A stretch of 64,000 bases of DNA from the human T2T-CHM13v2.0 reference genome, Homo sapiens. The stretch lies in the NCBI RefSeq assembly GCF_009914755.1, contig NC_060927.1; one strand, 5' to 3'. The notes below the pieces were generated by a model that saw only the letters and a list, made by a program, of their open reading frames with translations, did not search any database and was not told the origin of the DNA. Made by a program: the position numbers and the translations under genes. Shown here one piece after another: positions 14,119 through 23,790 of the stretch. How positions within the stretch are numbered: the first letter of the stretch is position 1; each line of letters starts with the position of its first letter.

Positions 14119-17100
14119 CAAGTGTTTTCTAGTATACTAAACCTATAGTGGTAAAAGTGAAAAAGATAAATGTTTTTGTTGTTTGAGCAGAGAAATGTTT
14201 TGGACTTAAGATGTTAAACACACAGAAAATCTTTCAAACCATTCTTCTTCAAAGCTTTCTCTGTGGCTGGGGGCGAGAGGAATTCTGGAAAGAATAGTCG
14301 TACCCATTTTGGTGGAACTTCCTGAACGTTTACACGAGGCATGATTTTTGAGAGATTTATTGGCTTGCCAGCTTTGAGTGTAGTTGCTAGTTCCTTGAGC
14401 AAATGTATATCCTGTGTCATAGCATAAAATATTAATTGGAATTCCAGCAAATATCCAGATAGTTGGGAGGGGAATAGACATGGCAGCCTTTTTTGCTTAA
14501 GGATGATGACAATTCTGTCAACAAAAAGCTAGCCTCTAGCATCCTGCAAGTTGGAGTTCAAAAGAGAAAATACAAAAACAAGCCTCATCCAAACTTTCCC
14601 CCTCACCTGCTTCAAACTCAGATTCTTGTCAAGACTAACATGATTGAATTCATTTAATGTGAATAAATAAGTGATGTTAGCTTAAAACAGCATCTATCAC
14701 TAGCACATTCTTTTCTACTGATTTCGACCAGACGTTCATTCTCTAGATAAAAAATATTTATGTTGTGAATTCACTGAATTAACATCGGTCACTAATCACC
14801 CAGTTAAGTTACAATCGTATATATTCTGGCTGGTGTTGCAATTTAAATTGCCAAAAAAATAGGCTAATCATTAGCTAATGAACTATATTAGACATGGTTT
14901 GTCTGTTAATGACATTATCTTTATCCTTTAATGACATTATTTACAAGAGATTCAGTGTTTGTGAAAGCAGAAAGCTCTATTCACTCATTGTGACAAGAAA
15001 TTTTGACACGTAAATATGTATGTCATGTTTTAAAGATATACATACTACTTTTTAAAAGACAGGAGAGTCTTTCAGGCACCAAACTTGCAAAAAATCTCAC
15101 AGTTTTTTTTAACAGCATAATTCAAGTATATGAGTAAATAAAAAAATAGAAAAAAAAGTTAAAACTGCCAGTGTGGAACTAAAAATTATAAAATGCTTGT
15201 AATGATATGAGATTCTTAATAAAAGTATTGGCATGAAAAAGTGGAAATTCAAGTCAAATCGCATCACAACAACATGCACTGCAATAAAAAGTTTACTATA
15301 AAATGATTTTCAAGGTGTGGCCAGGCACTAGAGGTGTTTCTAAATCTCATTACAGTGAAACTTCTAATTTTGAGTAACTCATGGCAATGAATGTTTAAAG
15401 CAATCATTTAAAAGTTCTTACTTATACAACAGTTACTCCCTGTAATGAAAATGATCCAACACTTGATTATGTGCCACAGTGTAAGGTGTGGTGACAAACA
15501 CCTCATTGCTCGATAACCAGGAAAATGGAAACACAGAGTAAAAAAAGATCACTTTACTTTCCCTACATTAATGAAGAATGTGTTGAGTGTAATTACTGCT
15601 AGCAGACACATTAACTGTGTCTACAGAATTGACCAGTTGTTGGAGGAACAGCCCATCTTGAATTTATTTTGAGCCAAATACACAGCAACACAATGGGATG
15701 AACAGCCAGCCCCTTGATCCAGTGTCAACCGGAGATGTTTATTTCACAATTTAAAGAAGTTATCAGTTGCCTGCTGCAACAAAACACACAAGTGATTGTG
15801 AGCTCCTTAAGGATAAAATCCTTGGCTTATTAATTGTTAGAGTTTAGAACATGTCAGGCACATACTAAATGCTTATGAAATGATGGACTTTTACAAACAA
15901 TACTCCTCAGTTAAGTTCCTCTTTTCCCTGAGTCTTAAATGATTTAAGGAGTATGATAAAATAAAGAAGTTACAAACAATAAAAAGGCAATGGTATAAGA
16001 GGACAAATTAAAGATCTCTTCCTCTAAACATATTCTCTGAGTTTCCAGATTAATACCACTGAAGGACAATGGTGGTCCCTACTACATTAACTACTCCCTG
16101 GAGGTGAATTAGGCCAAGACTAGACATAAACCCAGAAGAGAGGAGGCTAAGCAATGAATTAGAAGTTGGGATTGTTTTCCCCCAAAGCAATCAGCTGTGT
16201 GATGGAGGTCAAGGTTTTCTTGTTTGTTTCCTCTCAAGTAGGATGTATCTGTAGACAAAAATTCTAAGGCTTCAGGAAGCTGAACTACCTCTTTTGGATT
16301 TATTGGGCCCTCTCCGGGACAATAATGTTTAATGCCCTAATTAGTATCCCATGAACTTAAATGGGTCAGTGTTTTTTTTTTTTAATATTGATGCACTCTT
16401 AGGAATTAACTACATAATCAGCTTGCTAGTGTTCTGTATTTAGACCACATTGGTGGTGCAGTTTTAGTGTCAGAACGAATCTCAGAAATATTTTTCTAGA
16501 GAAATGATTCTAATTATGATTGTGTTTGGATGTTTCCAAACTAAATAATCAATCGATTATTTCATCATGATTATCTTTCTTTTTGATGAAGGAAAAAACA
16601 GTCATGGCAGGAATTTCCCTAAATGGTTCCATCCATTCCATAGTTGTGAACCAATAACTTCATGAAGGAACTGCTTATATGACTAAGTATTGCACAGGAT
16701 TATGAAAAAGTTATTTTTGGGTTAATACCTTTAGTATGCAAAGAGTTGACTGTATAGGAAGCAATGTCAATATAAATGAAAATTATATACTTATAACCAA
16801 ATGTATAATATTTAGTTGAAGATGTCTATTCATTCATAATTAGAATTAAGAGAGGGTCTGGAAGTCCAAGTAATCATATCTATCAGATAAGCAATGGGAT
16901 ATAAGCAGCAAAACTAATTTGGAGACAGGACACAGCATAGACATTTAAAAATAAATGGCTATAAGATTTTTGAAAGTTTTTAATATCAATAAGCAGTAGC
17001 ATTTAGGGGATTCTCAGTTTTTCACATAAGCCTGCCTTCATCACTTGAAAAATTTCTATATTCATTAACTTTCTTGTAATCTTGCCAGAGCACGTTACAA

Positions 17101-17436
17101 ATTGTTCCCTTATTCACAAATCGAAGCCTTATAATTGACTTAAAAATTTTTGTTAAGCCATATGAGGCAGTTTGTGATTACCCATAATTGTTTTAAAAAG
17201 TTTCATTTCCTGAATATTAACACATGCAACTCAACTTAATTTAAAAATGTATGTTACACATTTCATATTCATTCTCTTCTGAGCATACAGAACAGGACAT
17301 TTAGGTGTGATTTTTAGTATTCATCACTCTAAAATTCTGCTGTGTGAACATCACTATAAAAACATTTTAGGGAAACAGTATTTATTTTTAAACATTTCAT
17401 ATAAGGTGAATGATAATTTTTGTATATACTCTAGAG

Positions 17437-17804
17437 CTGTACTGTTCTGAGTGGTAACCTCGAGCTACTGGATACTTGAAATGTGACTAGTGCAACTGAA
17501 GAACTGAATTTTTAACTTTAATTAATTTTAAGTTTAAAGGTTTACCGTTGTTTCAGTTACTGGAAAACTTTTAAGTGTGCTTAGACAACTTAGATTGTTG
17601 AATCTACTTTTTATCTGTAAATTTTATGAAATCTAAATACATCAAATATTACCAATGAAAACTTAGTGTCCAAATTGAGGGTGTCCAAAAAGCATGCCAG
17701 ATTTCAAAGACTTAGTGTGAAAAAAAAGAATGTAAATTCCTTTTTAATAATTTTTGTACTGATTGCTCACGTGCCTCATGTTATATTTCTCTTGGATAGC
17801 ACTG
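17437..17804. mobile_element. hAT-Charlie non-autonomous element (Charlie1/MER3/MER33-related)
   Basis: MER3-like left part (cttgaaatgtgactagtgcaactgaagaactgaattttt), MER33-like right part (gatttcaaagacttagt), imperfect TIRs, perfect 8-bp TSD CTCTAGAG at 17429-17436 and 17805-17812. Confidence 0.82.
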
Positions 17805-18242
17805 CTCTAGAGCTTTATGAAAATAGCTAGTTTTTAAAAGTTACATTTTAAATTTTGTATTGTAATGTCATTCTTTTAACCAAATAATTTTGATCATTAT
17901 GAAAAAGCAAAGCAAATTTGTATTTACCTACCAAGAAGTGCCCTAATTGCTCACTCTGCTCTTCCTCCTTTCTCTGAATTGCAAAGCCCTCACCAGCACC
18001 CGCAGCAGAATGCAAAATCATAGACAGTGAATATGCAGAAATAGTGTATGAGAGCACTGATAATTGTGCGATCAAATCAAACTGCTCACACCCTACAAAT
18101 GATATCTTTTTTCCCTCCCAAATGTTTCCGGATCTATGTGTTCCTAATTCCAAAATTAACCTTCAGCTTCCTCCCAAGTTCTGCTGTGCTATGTCTTCCG
18201 GTTTAGAGTAATAAGCGGTGACTGTACTCGCAATGTGCTAGG

Positions 18243-18547
18243 TCATGTATTAATACTAGATTCTGTCCAGGCCCGAGAACTTTCATCTTTCAGAGTGGAG
18301 AGCTTTCTCTGGGAGAAGGGTTCGAATCCCAGAAGTCTGAACACTGCCACCCGGTACTTCTTGGACATGATGTTGTACAGAATGGGGTTGATGGCAGCAC
18401 TGAGGTAGAAGAGGACAAAGGACACGAGGTTGCAGTACTGGCTGATCTGAGCAATCTCCAAGGAGCCAGGCTCAAAGGATTTGGAAAATAAATATCGCCC
18501 TACGTGGAAGGGGAGCCAGCAGAGGATGAAGGCAAACACCACTACAG
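18243..18547 (-). CDS. GHSR: Growth hormone secretagogue (ghrelin) receptor 1a, exon 2 (TM6, TM7, C-terminus)
   Basis: Acceptor TTTTAG at 18553-18548; encodes (A)VVVFAFILCWLPFHVGRY...INPILYN...WTESSINT*, with CWxP and NPxxY motifs. 305 nt plus 796 nt of exon 1 gives 1101 nt = 366 aa + stop. Confidence 0.99.
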
Positions 18548-18881
18548 CTAAAAGGACAATGGGAGAGAGATAGTCAGCTCAAGAAATGTCACAGCAAATC
18601 ACATTCTATTTTTAAGACTTTGTTTTTGTTTCATGGTCTATGACCATTGACTTCAGAGAAACATTGTGTCCTGCTCTTCCTGTTCCAACATTTTAACAAA
18701 GATTCAGTCTGTCTGGACCAACAGTTCAACAATTTTTACTAAGCTCCCCAGTCATTTCTATTTAACAACTATCTGAGTGATTTTGTACTGAGTTGACACA
18801 TTGACTCAACTGACTAGACCATTTATTCACAATAGTCCAGCAGTTTTTATGTGTTAGACACAACAGACACACTTACGAGGT

Positions 18882-19080
18882 AAAGTGGTTGTACTCAACC
18901 ATAGCTGTGTATCCGAGTCTCCTGGGGCACTTTTTAAAACAATGCAGATTCCTTGGATGTAGTATAGACTCAGTCAATTTAAATCTCTAAGAGGGCGATC
19001 AGGACATATGTTTTATCTTCTCTTTTTTTTTTTTAAGTTTCACAGAGGATTGAATATACAGTTAGGATTAAGAATCACTG
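18882..19080. mobile_element. MER5-type hAT-Charlie MITE in the GHSR intron
   Basis: agtggtt...ctcaacc...ctggggcactttttaaaacaatgcagattcc...ttaagaatcactg. Confidence 0.6.
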
Positions 19081-20347
19081 AGATGAATGATTCTATGCCA
19101 CTTACAATAGACATAAGTAAGGCTATTATTAAACCAACTCATATAAATTATCATCCATCCAAGTCTTCATTTTGCCTATGTAAGATAATTTTTAATGATG
19201 TCTAAATGTTTAGATTGTTTTAAATTCAGAAATCAGGGAAAAATAATAACAAATAATTTTTTAGTCGTTGTAACACTTTAGTGATCCCCTTCAAATTGTC
19301 AAGGAAGAAGAAAGTTAACATTGGTGTTGAGACACCAATGAAGAAATTAATGGCTTGAAAATAAAATTGGAGGAAATTATTAAACTTATCCTTAAAACTA
19401 AGTTGTATAGTAGCAACTTAACTGCCACAGTAACAATGTGACTCTCGTAGGTGAGAGCTTAGGATCCCTTGGAGGACACTAGCAGGTTTATAACCTATGA
19501 GTCATATCACGAGAATCACCGGTCCAGAAAATAAAATCTTTGACATTCCTTGAATAAACTCTATCACTTTAATATGGAGGATCCAGGAACTGTAAAATTG
19601 GAAATATGAAATCATCCTGGAATGGCTTCTAAGAAGCCTTAAAATATGCCATTAAGTATGAAGTCTTGACTATAATATCTAAATAATAAAATATACAGAC
19701 CTTGGTTTTGAAAATGCAAGTAGAGTTAATATTTTGCTGGGCTGTAACCATATTTATTATTACTTCACTTGTACCAAACACATATACTTAAAGAAGCTGA
19801 ATTTGTGCAATAAACATTCAGCAAATCCAGTTATGACATTGTGCCCAGATGTTCCTGAAGGGTCATTTGGGGAAGTAGTGAATTCTGTTGGTTTCCACAA
19901 AGTCTCCTTTCCTCCTGTTGGAGCTTTGTTTAATCTAGTTTATCCTTACCTTATCCTAGTCTATCCTACCTGAAGAGGCAGGTAATCATAAAAACAAATG
20001 AGACTTCACTGATTTGTCACTGACTTCCTTACAAAGCTGTATGAACAGCAGCAGGGTAAACAGAATTGATGCAATTATCTGAAAAAATGCAGGGCAGAAA
20101 ACAAATCACAATATTGAAAGAAAAATGAATAATCTCTAAGAGGATTATCCAAATTGATCATGTCTTTGGTTGAATTTACCGCTGAACGCTTTCTAGATCC
20201 AAACCCTGCTTTTCTTAATGTAACTTAGATATTCACAAATCCTACTTGAGGCAGGAAGTCAGTCCTCACTTTTAACGCTTAAAGACCACAATGGACTTTT
20301 ATAAGATATCTCGATTTTTAAAGTGGAGTTTCTGGGCTGATATAAAA

Positions 20348-20353
20348 TTTATT
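20348..20353 (-). terminator. Candidate intronic polyadenylation signal AATAAA for GHSR1b
   Basis: Plus-strand tttatt is minus-strand AATAAA, ~270 nt after the 1b stop. Usage not shown. Confidence 0.5.
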
Positions 20354-20387
20354 TTAGGGAAATACAAATATGGGACATTTTTGCATG

Positions 20388-20660
20388 AAAGAGAGAAAGG
20401 AGAGACAGGAAGAAAGAGACACAAAGAGATAGAGACGGTAAGAAAGACACTGACAAAGTAAAGGGGGAGGAGAGAGAGACAGAGACAGAGAGAAAGATTG
20501 AGAGATCAAAAACATCACTCAAGAAAGCAAGAGGAGAGAATAATTGAGAGAAACGCAGAGAGACAGAGGCCCAGAGAAACTGAAGAAAGAGGTAGCGACT
20601 CAGGGGGAAATAGAGATGGAGACTCAGAGAGAAGGGAGAAGGCACAGGGAGAGGATAGGA
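20388..20660. repeat. GA-rich low-complexity tract (polypyrimidine on the GHSR sense strand)
   Basis: Dense gaga/agac/gaaa repeats. Confidence 0.85.
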
Positions 20661-21493
20661 CCCGCGAGAGAAAGCCTGAGCGCGCGCTGAGACCCACCCA
20701 GCATTTTCACGGTTTGCTTGTGGTTCTGGTCCCTGAGCGAGGCACCCACGACAGCATCGCCGCGCCTCCTCCGCCACAGCTTCCTGCCGATGAGACTGTA
20801 GAGGACCGTGAGACAGAAGACAGGAAGGAAGAAGAAGATGCTGGACACCCACACCATGACCGTGAGCAGTCCAGAGCGCACCGCAAACTCGGTGGGGCGG
20901 CACTCGTTGGTGTCCCAAGGGTCGGTGCCGTTCTCGTGCTCCACCCCGACTAGCACGAAGATGGGCCCGGCGCTGCAGAAGGCCACGGCCCAGATGACGA
21001 AGATGACCAGCTTCACTCGCCCCTTGGTGACCACCACCTTGGCCCGGAGTGGGAAGCAGATGGCGAAGTAGCGCTCGACGCTCAGCGCTGTGATGGTGAG
21101 CACCGTGGCGTAGGTGCAGCTCTCACTGACGAATTGGAAGAGTTTGCAGAGGAGGTCGCCGAAGTTCCAGGGCCGGTACTGCCAGAGGCGAACGAGGTCC
21201 AGGGGCATGCAGAGGAAGATGAGCAGATCGGAGAAGGCCATGCTGGACAGGTAGAGGTTGGTGGTGGTGCGCAGCTCGCGGAAGCGCGACACCACCAGCA
21301 TGGTGAGCAGGTTGCCAGCGATACCCACCACGAAGAGTGCCACGCAGGTGGCTGTGACGCCCGCCAGCAGCGGCGCGGGGAAGAGCTGCAGCAGCTCGTC
21401 GCCCAGCGAGTCGTTGCCGGGGGAAGCATCCCAGTCCAGGTCGGCCAGTGTGAGGTTGAACCCCGGCTCTTCGCTGGGCGTCGCGTTCCACAT
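20624..21493 (-). CDS. GHSR: GHSR isoform 1b (5-TM, intron read-through), 289 aa
   Basis: ORF MWNATPSEEPG...VKMLGGSQRALRLSLAGPILSLCLLPSL*; the last 24 aa come from intron sequence, matching the known 1b isoform. Confidence 0.96.
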   Translation of the reverse strand: MWNATPSEEPGFNLTLADLDWDASPGNDSLGDELLQLFPAPLLAGVTATCVALFVVGIAGNLLTMLVVSRFRELRTTTNLYLSSMAFSDLLIFLCMPLDLVRLWQYRPWNFGDLLCKLFQFVSESCTYATVLTITALSVERYFAICFPLRAKVVVTKGRVKLVIFVIWAVAFCSAGPIFVLVGVEHENGTDPWDTNECRPTEFAVRSGLLTVMVWVSSIFFFLPVFCLTVLYSLIGRKLWRRRRGDAVVGASLRDQNHKQTVKMLGGSQRALRLSLAGPILSLCLLPSL

Positions 21494-22120
21494 GCTGCCG
21501 GCTCAGCTGAACAGGCTCTGGGACGTGACTGCGCTGGGAGGCTGGACCGAGCTGGCTCCCGAGGAGGTCCGCTTAGGCGCGGGAGGGTGCGAGGGAGGAG
21601 CGGGTGCAGACGCGTAGGGAGGATGCTTGGAGAAGAAAGAGAGGGAGGTGAGAGGCAGAAGCCGAGGAAGAAGGTGAGATGGGGACAAGGAAGAGGGAGA
21701 GAGACTGGTGGTCAGTGGGTGAGAGAGTGACCCACTGCTTTCTCTGACACCTCCCCTTTCCCCCACCAACTCCCCCAAAGTTTCTCCCAACACATCCTCC
21801 GGCCGGCGCCCACACGCATACCTGTCACCAGCCCTGCCTCGCATTTGCGTTCTCGATCCAGTTCCATCTCGCACTTCCCAAAGCGTCGCAGCGAGTGGGG
21901 ACCGCAGGGACCAGGCGCCGCGAAGCGGGAGCGTGAGGCGCTCTCTCCGAAGCCCTGGGCGACGCTGGACTAGTGTGCCCCGGAAGGACAGGTCACACCC
22001 GGGGGTGGGGGTGAAGACGACGGTGGCGGTGGGGAGGACACCTTTAGCAGCTGGGACCTGATTTCTTCCTCCACAAGGCTGCAGCTGGCTATGGCCCTGG
22101 TGGAAAGAAAAAGCGAGCTT
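20660..22120. promoter_or_regulatory. CpG island over GHSR exon 1 and the proximal TATA-less promoter
   Basis: High GC and abundant CpG against CpG-depleted flanks; a second CpG-rich patch lies at ~22800-23150. Confidence 0.9.
20698..21493 (-). CDS. GHSR: Growth hormone secretagogue (ghrelin) receptor 1a, exon 1 (aa 1-265, TM1-TM5)
   Basis: Class A GPCR motifs GN (TM1), SDL (TM2), ERY (TM3); start context GGCAGCATGT; Glu124, Cys198 and Ala204 intact. Confidence 0.99.
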
Positions 22121-22225
22121 GACCAACTCGACTTGGGAAGGGGGATAGAGAGAGAAAAGAAGGACCTTGTGTTTGTATTCATACCGGTGAGCACCAAAGA
22201 ATAGTCTCACGCAGTTATAGGACCC

Positions 22226-22300
22226 AGGTTCAGCGATGTGACTACTTGTCCAAGGTCACACAGCGAGCTGGGGACTCGGGGACCAGTGTCGGATCTCCCA
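22226..22300 (-). mobile_element. MIR fragment
   Basis: aggttcagcgatgtgactacttgtccaaggtcacacagcgag is MIR core sequence. Confidence 0.65.
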
Positions 22301-22589
22301 CCCGGTTGGGACTTCTGAGCGCACAGGGGCAAGATATGTGAGTAAACCCTGTCCAGAATCCCAGTCCTTTGTATCACTCGGTAGTGGTAGAGAGTCTGCT
22401 GTAGGGTATATTACTTTTGCTTGATGCAAACCTGGTGGCGGGGTGCCGAGGTTGGTCAGGGAGGGAACAGGAGAAAGGAAAAAGGCAGGGTTGGAGGTGT
22501 GTGGAGGCGGCAAGTGAAGAAGAGGCTGTGAGGCTGGCGCGTCGAGAGTGTGCAGGAAACATTTTTTGAGGCATAACTGAGAGAGATCA

Positions 22590-22730
22590 GCCATTTAGTA
22601 GCCGTATTCCCTTGGGCAAGGTCTTCAACCTCCTGAGCATTACGTCTTTTTCTTTGAATTGCAATGATTTGTGCGGACCACTGGGGGTGATATCAAGTGT
22701 CAGGGACCACCGGAGGCACTCAATAAATAG
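22590..22730 (+). mobile_element. MIR fragment
   Basis: ccttgggcaaggtcttcaacctcctgagc...ggaggcactcaataaat. Confidence 0.6.
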
Positions 22731-22948
22731 AAGACGCGTTGCTGTTGAGAAGTAGAAGCTGTGCCGGTGGGAACAGGTCAAAGGCCACCCCTACACTAGC
22801 AAGGTGACCCTCTGGACGCGGTCTGTGCGTCTCCTGCTCAGAGCCAGAAATCAGCACCCGAAGGCATGAGACTGCCAGTTGCCAGCGAATTCACAAATCC
22901 GACCGGCCCCTCCCGGCCCACCGACCTCGGGACCGCCCCAGGAACATA

Positions 22949-22969
22949 TTCAGCACTGTGGCCAGCGCC
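22949..22969 (+). promoter_or_regulatory. REST/NRSF binding element (RE1/NRSE)
   Basis: TTCAGCACTGTGGCCAGCGCC vs consensus TTCAGCACCnnGGACAGCGCC: two mismatches, canonical spacing. Confidence 0.75.
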
Positions 22970-23402
22970 ACATCCATCCTACCGCAAAGCGCCGCTGGAG
23001 GAATGGCTTCCCTGTCACTCCCACCGTTTTTAACTTGCGCTTCTAACGCCTCAGTCCTACCCCACGGAGGAGCAGGGCAGACTCCCACGAAGCACAGGCC
23101 GGCGTTAGTCACTGCCTTGACCATACACATCGGCGCTCACCCGATGAGATACCACGTACTGTGTATGAGAGAGTATCCCCCTCAGTTGAATGCGTTTGTA
23201 CTTGCCTTTCACAGACAGTTTGTACCACCTCTACTACCTAAATTGTTAATACTTAAAAGTCCACAAAGACCTAAGACTGAATGTGTGCACAAATGCGTGA
23301 AAGACTCCATGCAGTAAATTACTACATGAGAGAAGTTTGATACAGGAAATTTAACATAGTGGTTTGGTTGCCGCTGGTGTGTTAGACATTGGACCAAACT
23401 GA

Positions 23403-23790
23403 GTTTTGTTTCGTTTTGCTTTGTTTTGTTTTGTTTTGCTGGTTTTGTTTTGTTTTGTTTTGAGACGGAGTCTCCCTCTGTCGCCCAGGCTGGAGTGCAG
23501 TGGCGCGATCTCTGCTCACTGCAACCTCCGCCTCCCAGTATTGGATCTCCCACCCGTTTGGACTTCTGAGCGCATAAGTCCAGGTTCAAGCAACTCTTCT
23601 GCCTCAGTCTCTCTAGTAGCTGGGACTACAGGCGTGTGCCACCACGCCTGGATAATTTTTTTTTGTATTTTTAGAAGAGACAGGGTTTCACCATACTGGC
23701 CAGTCTTGTCTCGAACTCCTGACCTCGTGATCTGCCCGCCTCGGTCTCCCAAAGTGCTGGGATTACAGCCGTGAGCCACTGTGCCCGGCC
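23403..23790 (-). mobile_element. AluS with (GTTTT)n tail and a non-Alu internal insertion
   Basis: Reverse Alu with imperfect TSD CCAAAnnGAGTTTT; foreign segment at 23539-23579. Confidence 0.9.

Larger units (their letters stand above)
18548..20697 (-). other. GHSR: GHSR1a intron (2150 nt, phase 1)
   Basis: Donor TGG|GTGGGT (GT at 20697-20696) and acceptor AG at 18549-18548; splicing joins G+CT into Ala266 in frame. Confidence 0.97.

Noticed and set aside
20498-21730. Plus-strand ORFs of 87-198 aa over GHSR exon 1
   Set aside because: Antisense shadows of a GC-rich coding exon and GA-rich tract; no recognisable protein features.
21503-22210. 235-aa in-frame ORF as an N-terminal extension of GHSR
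   Set aside because: Starts at GTG and ends at an in-frame TGA 9 nt before the ATG, so it cannot extend the protein without readthrough; only the ATG-initiated part is considered, as a uORF.
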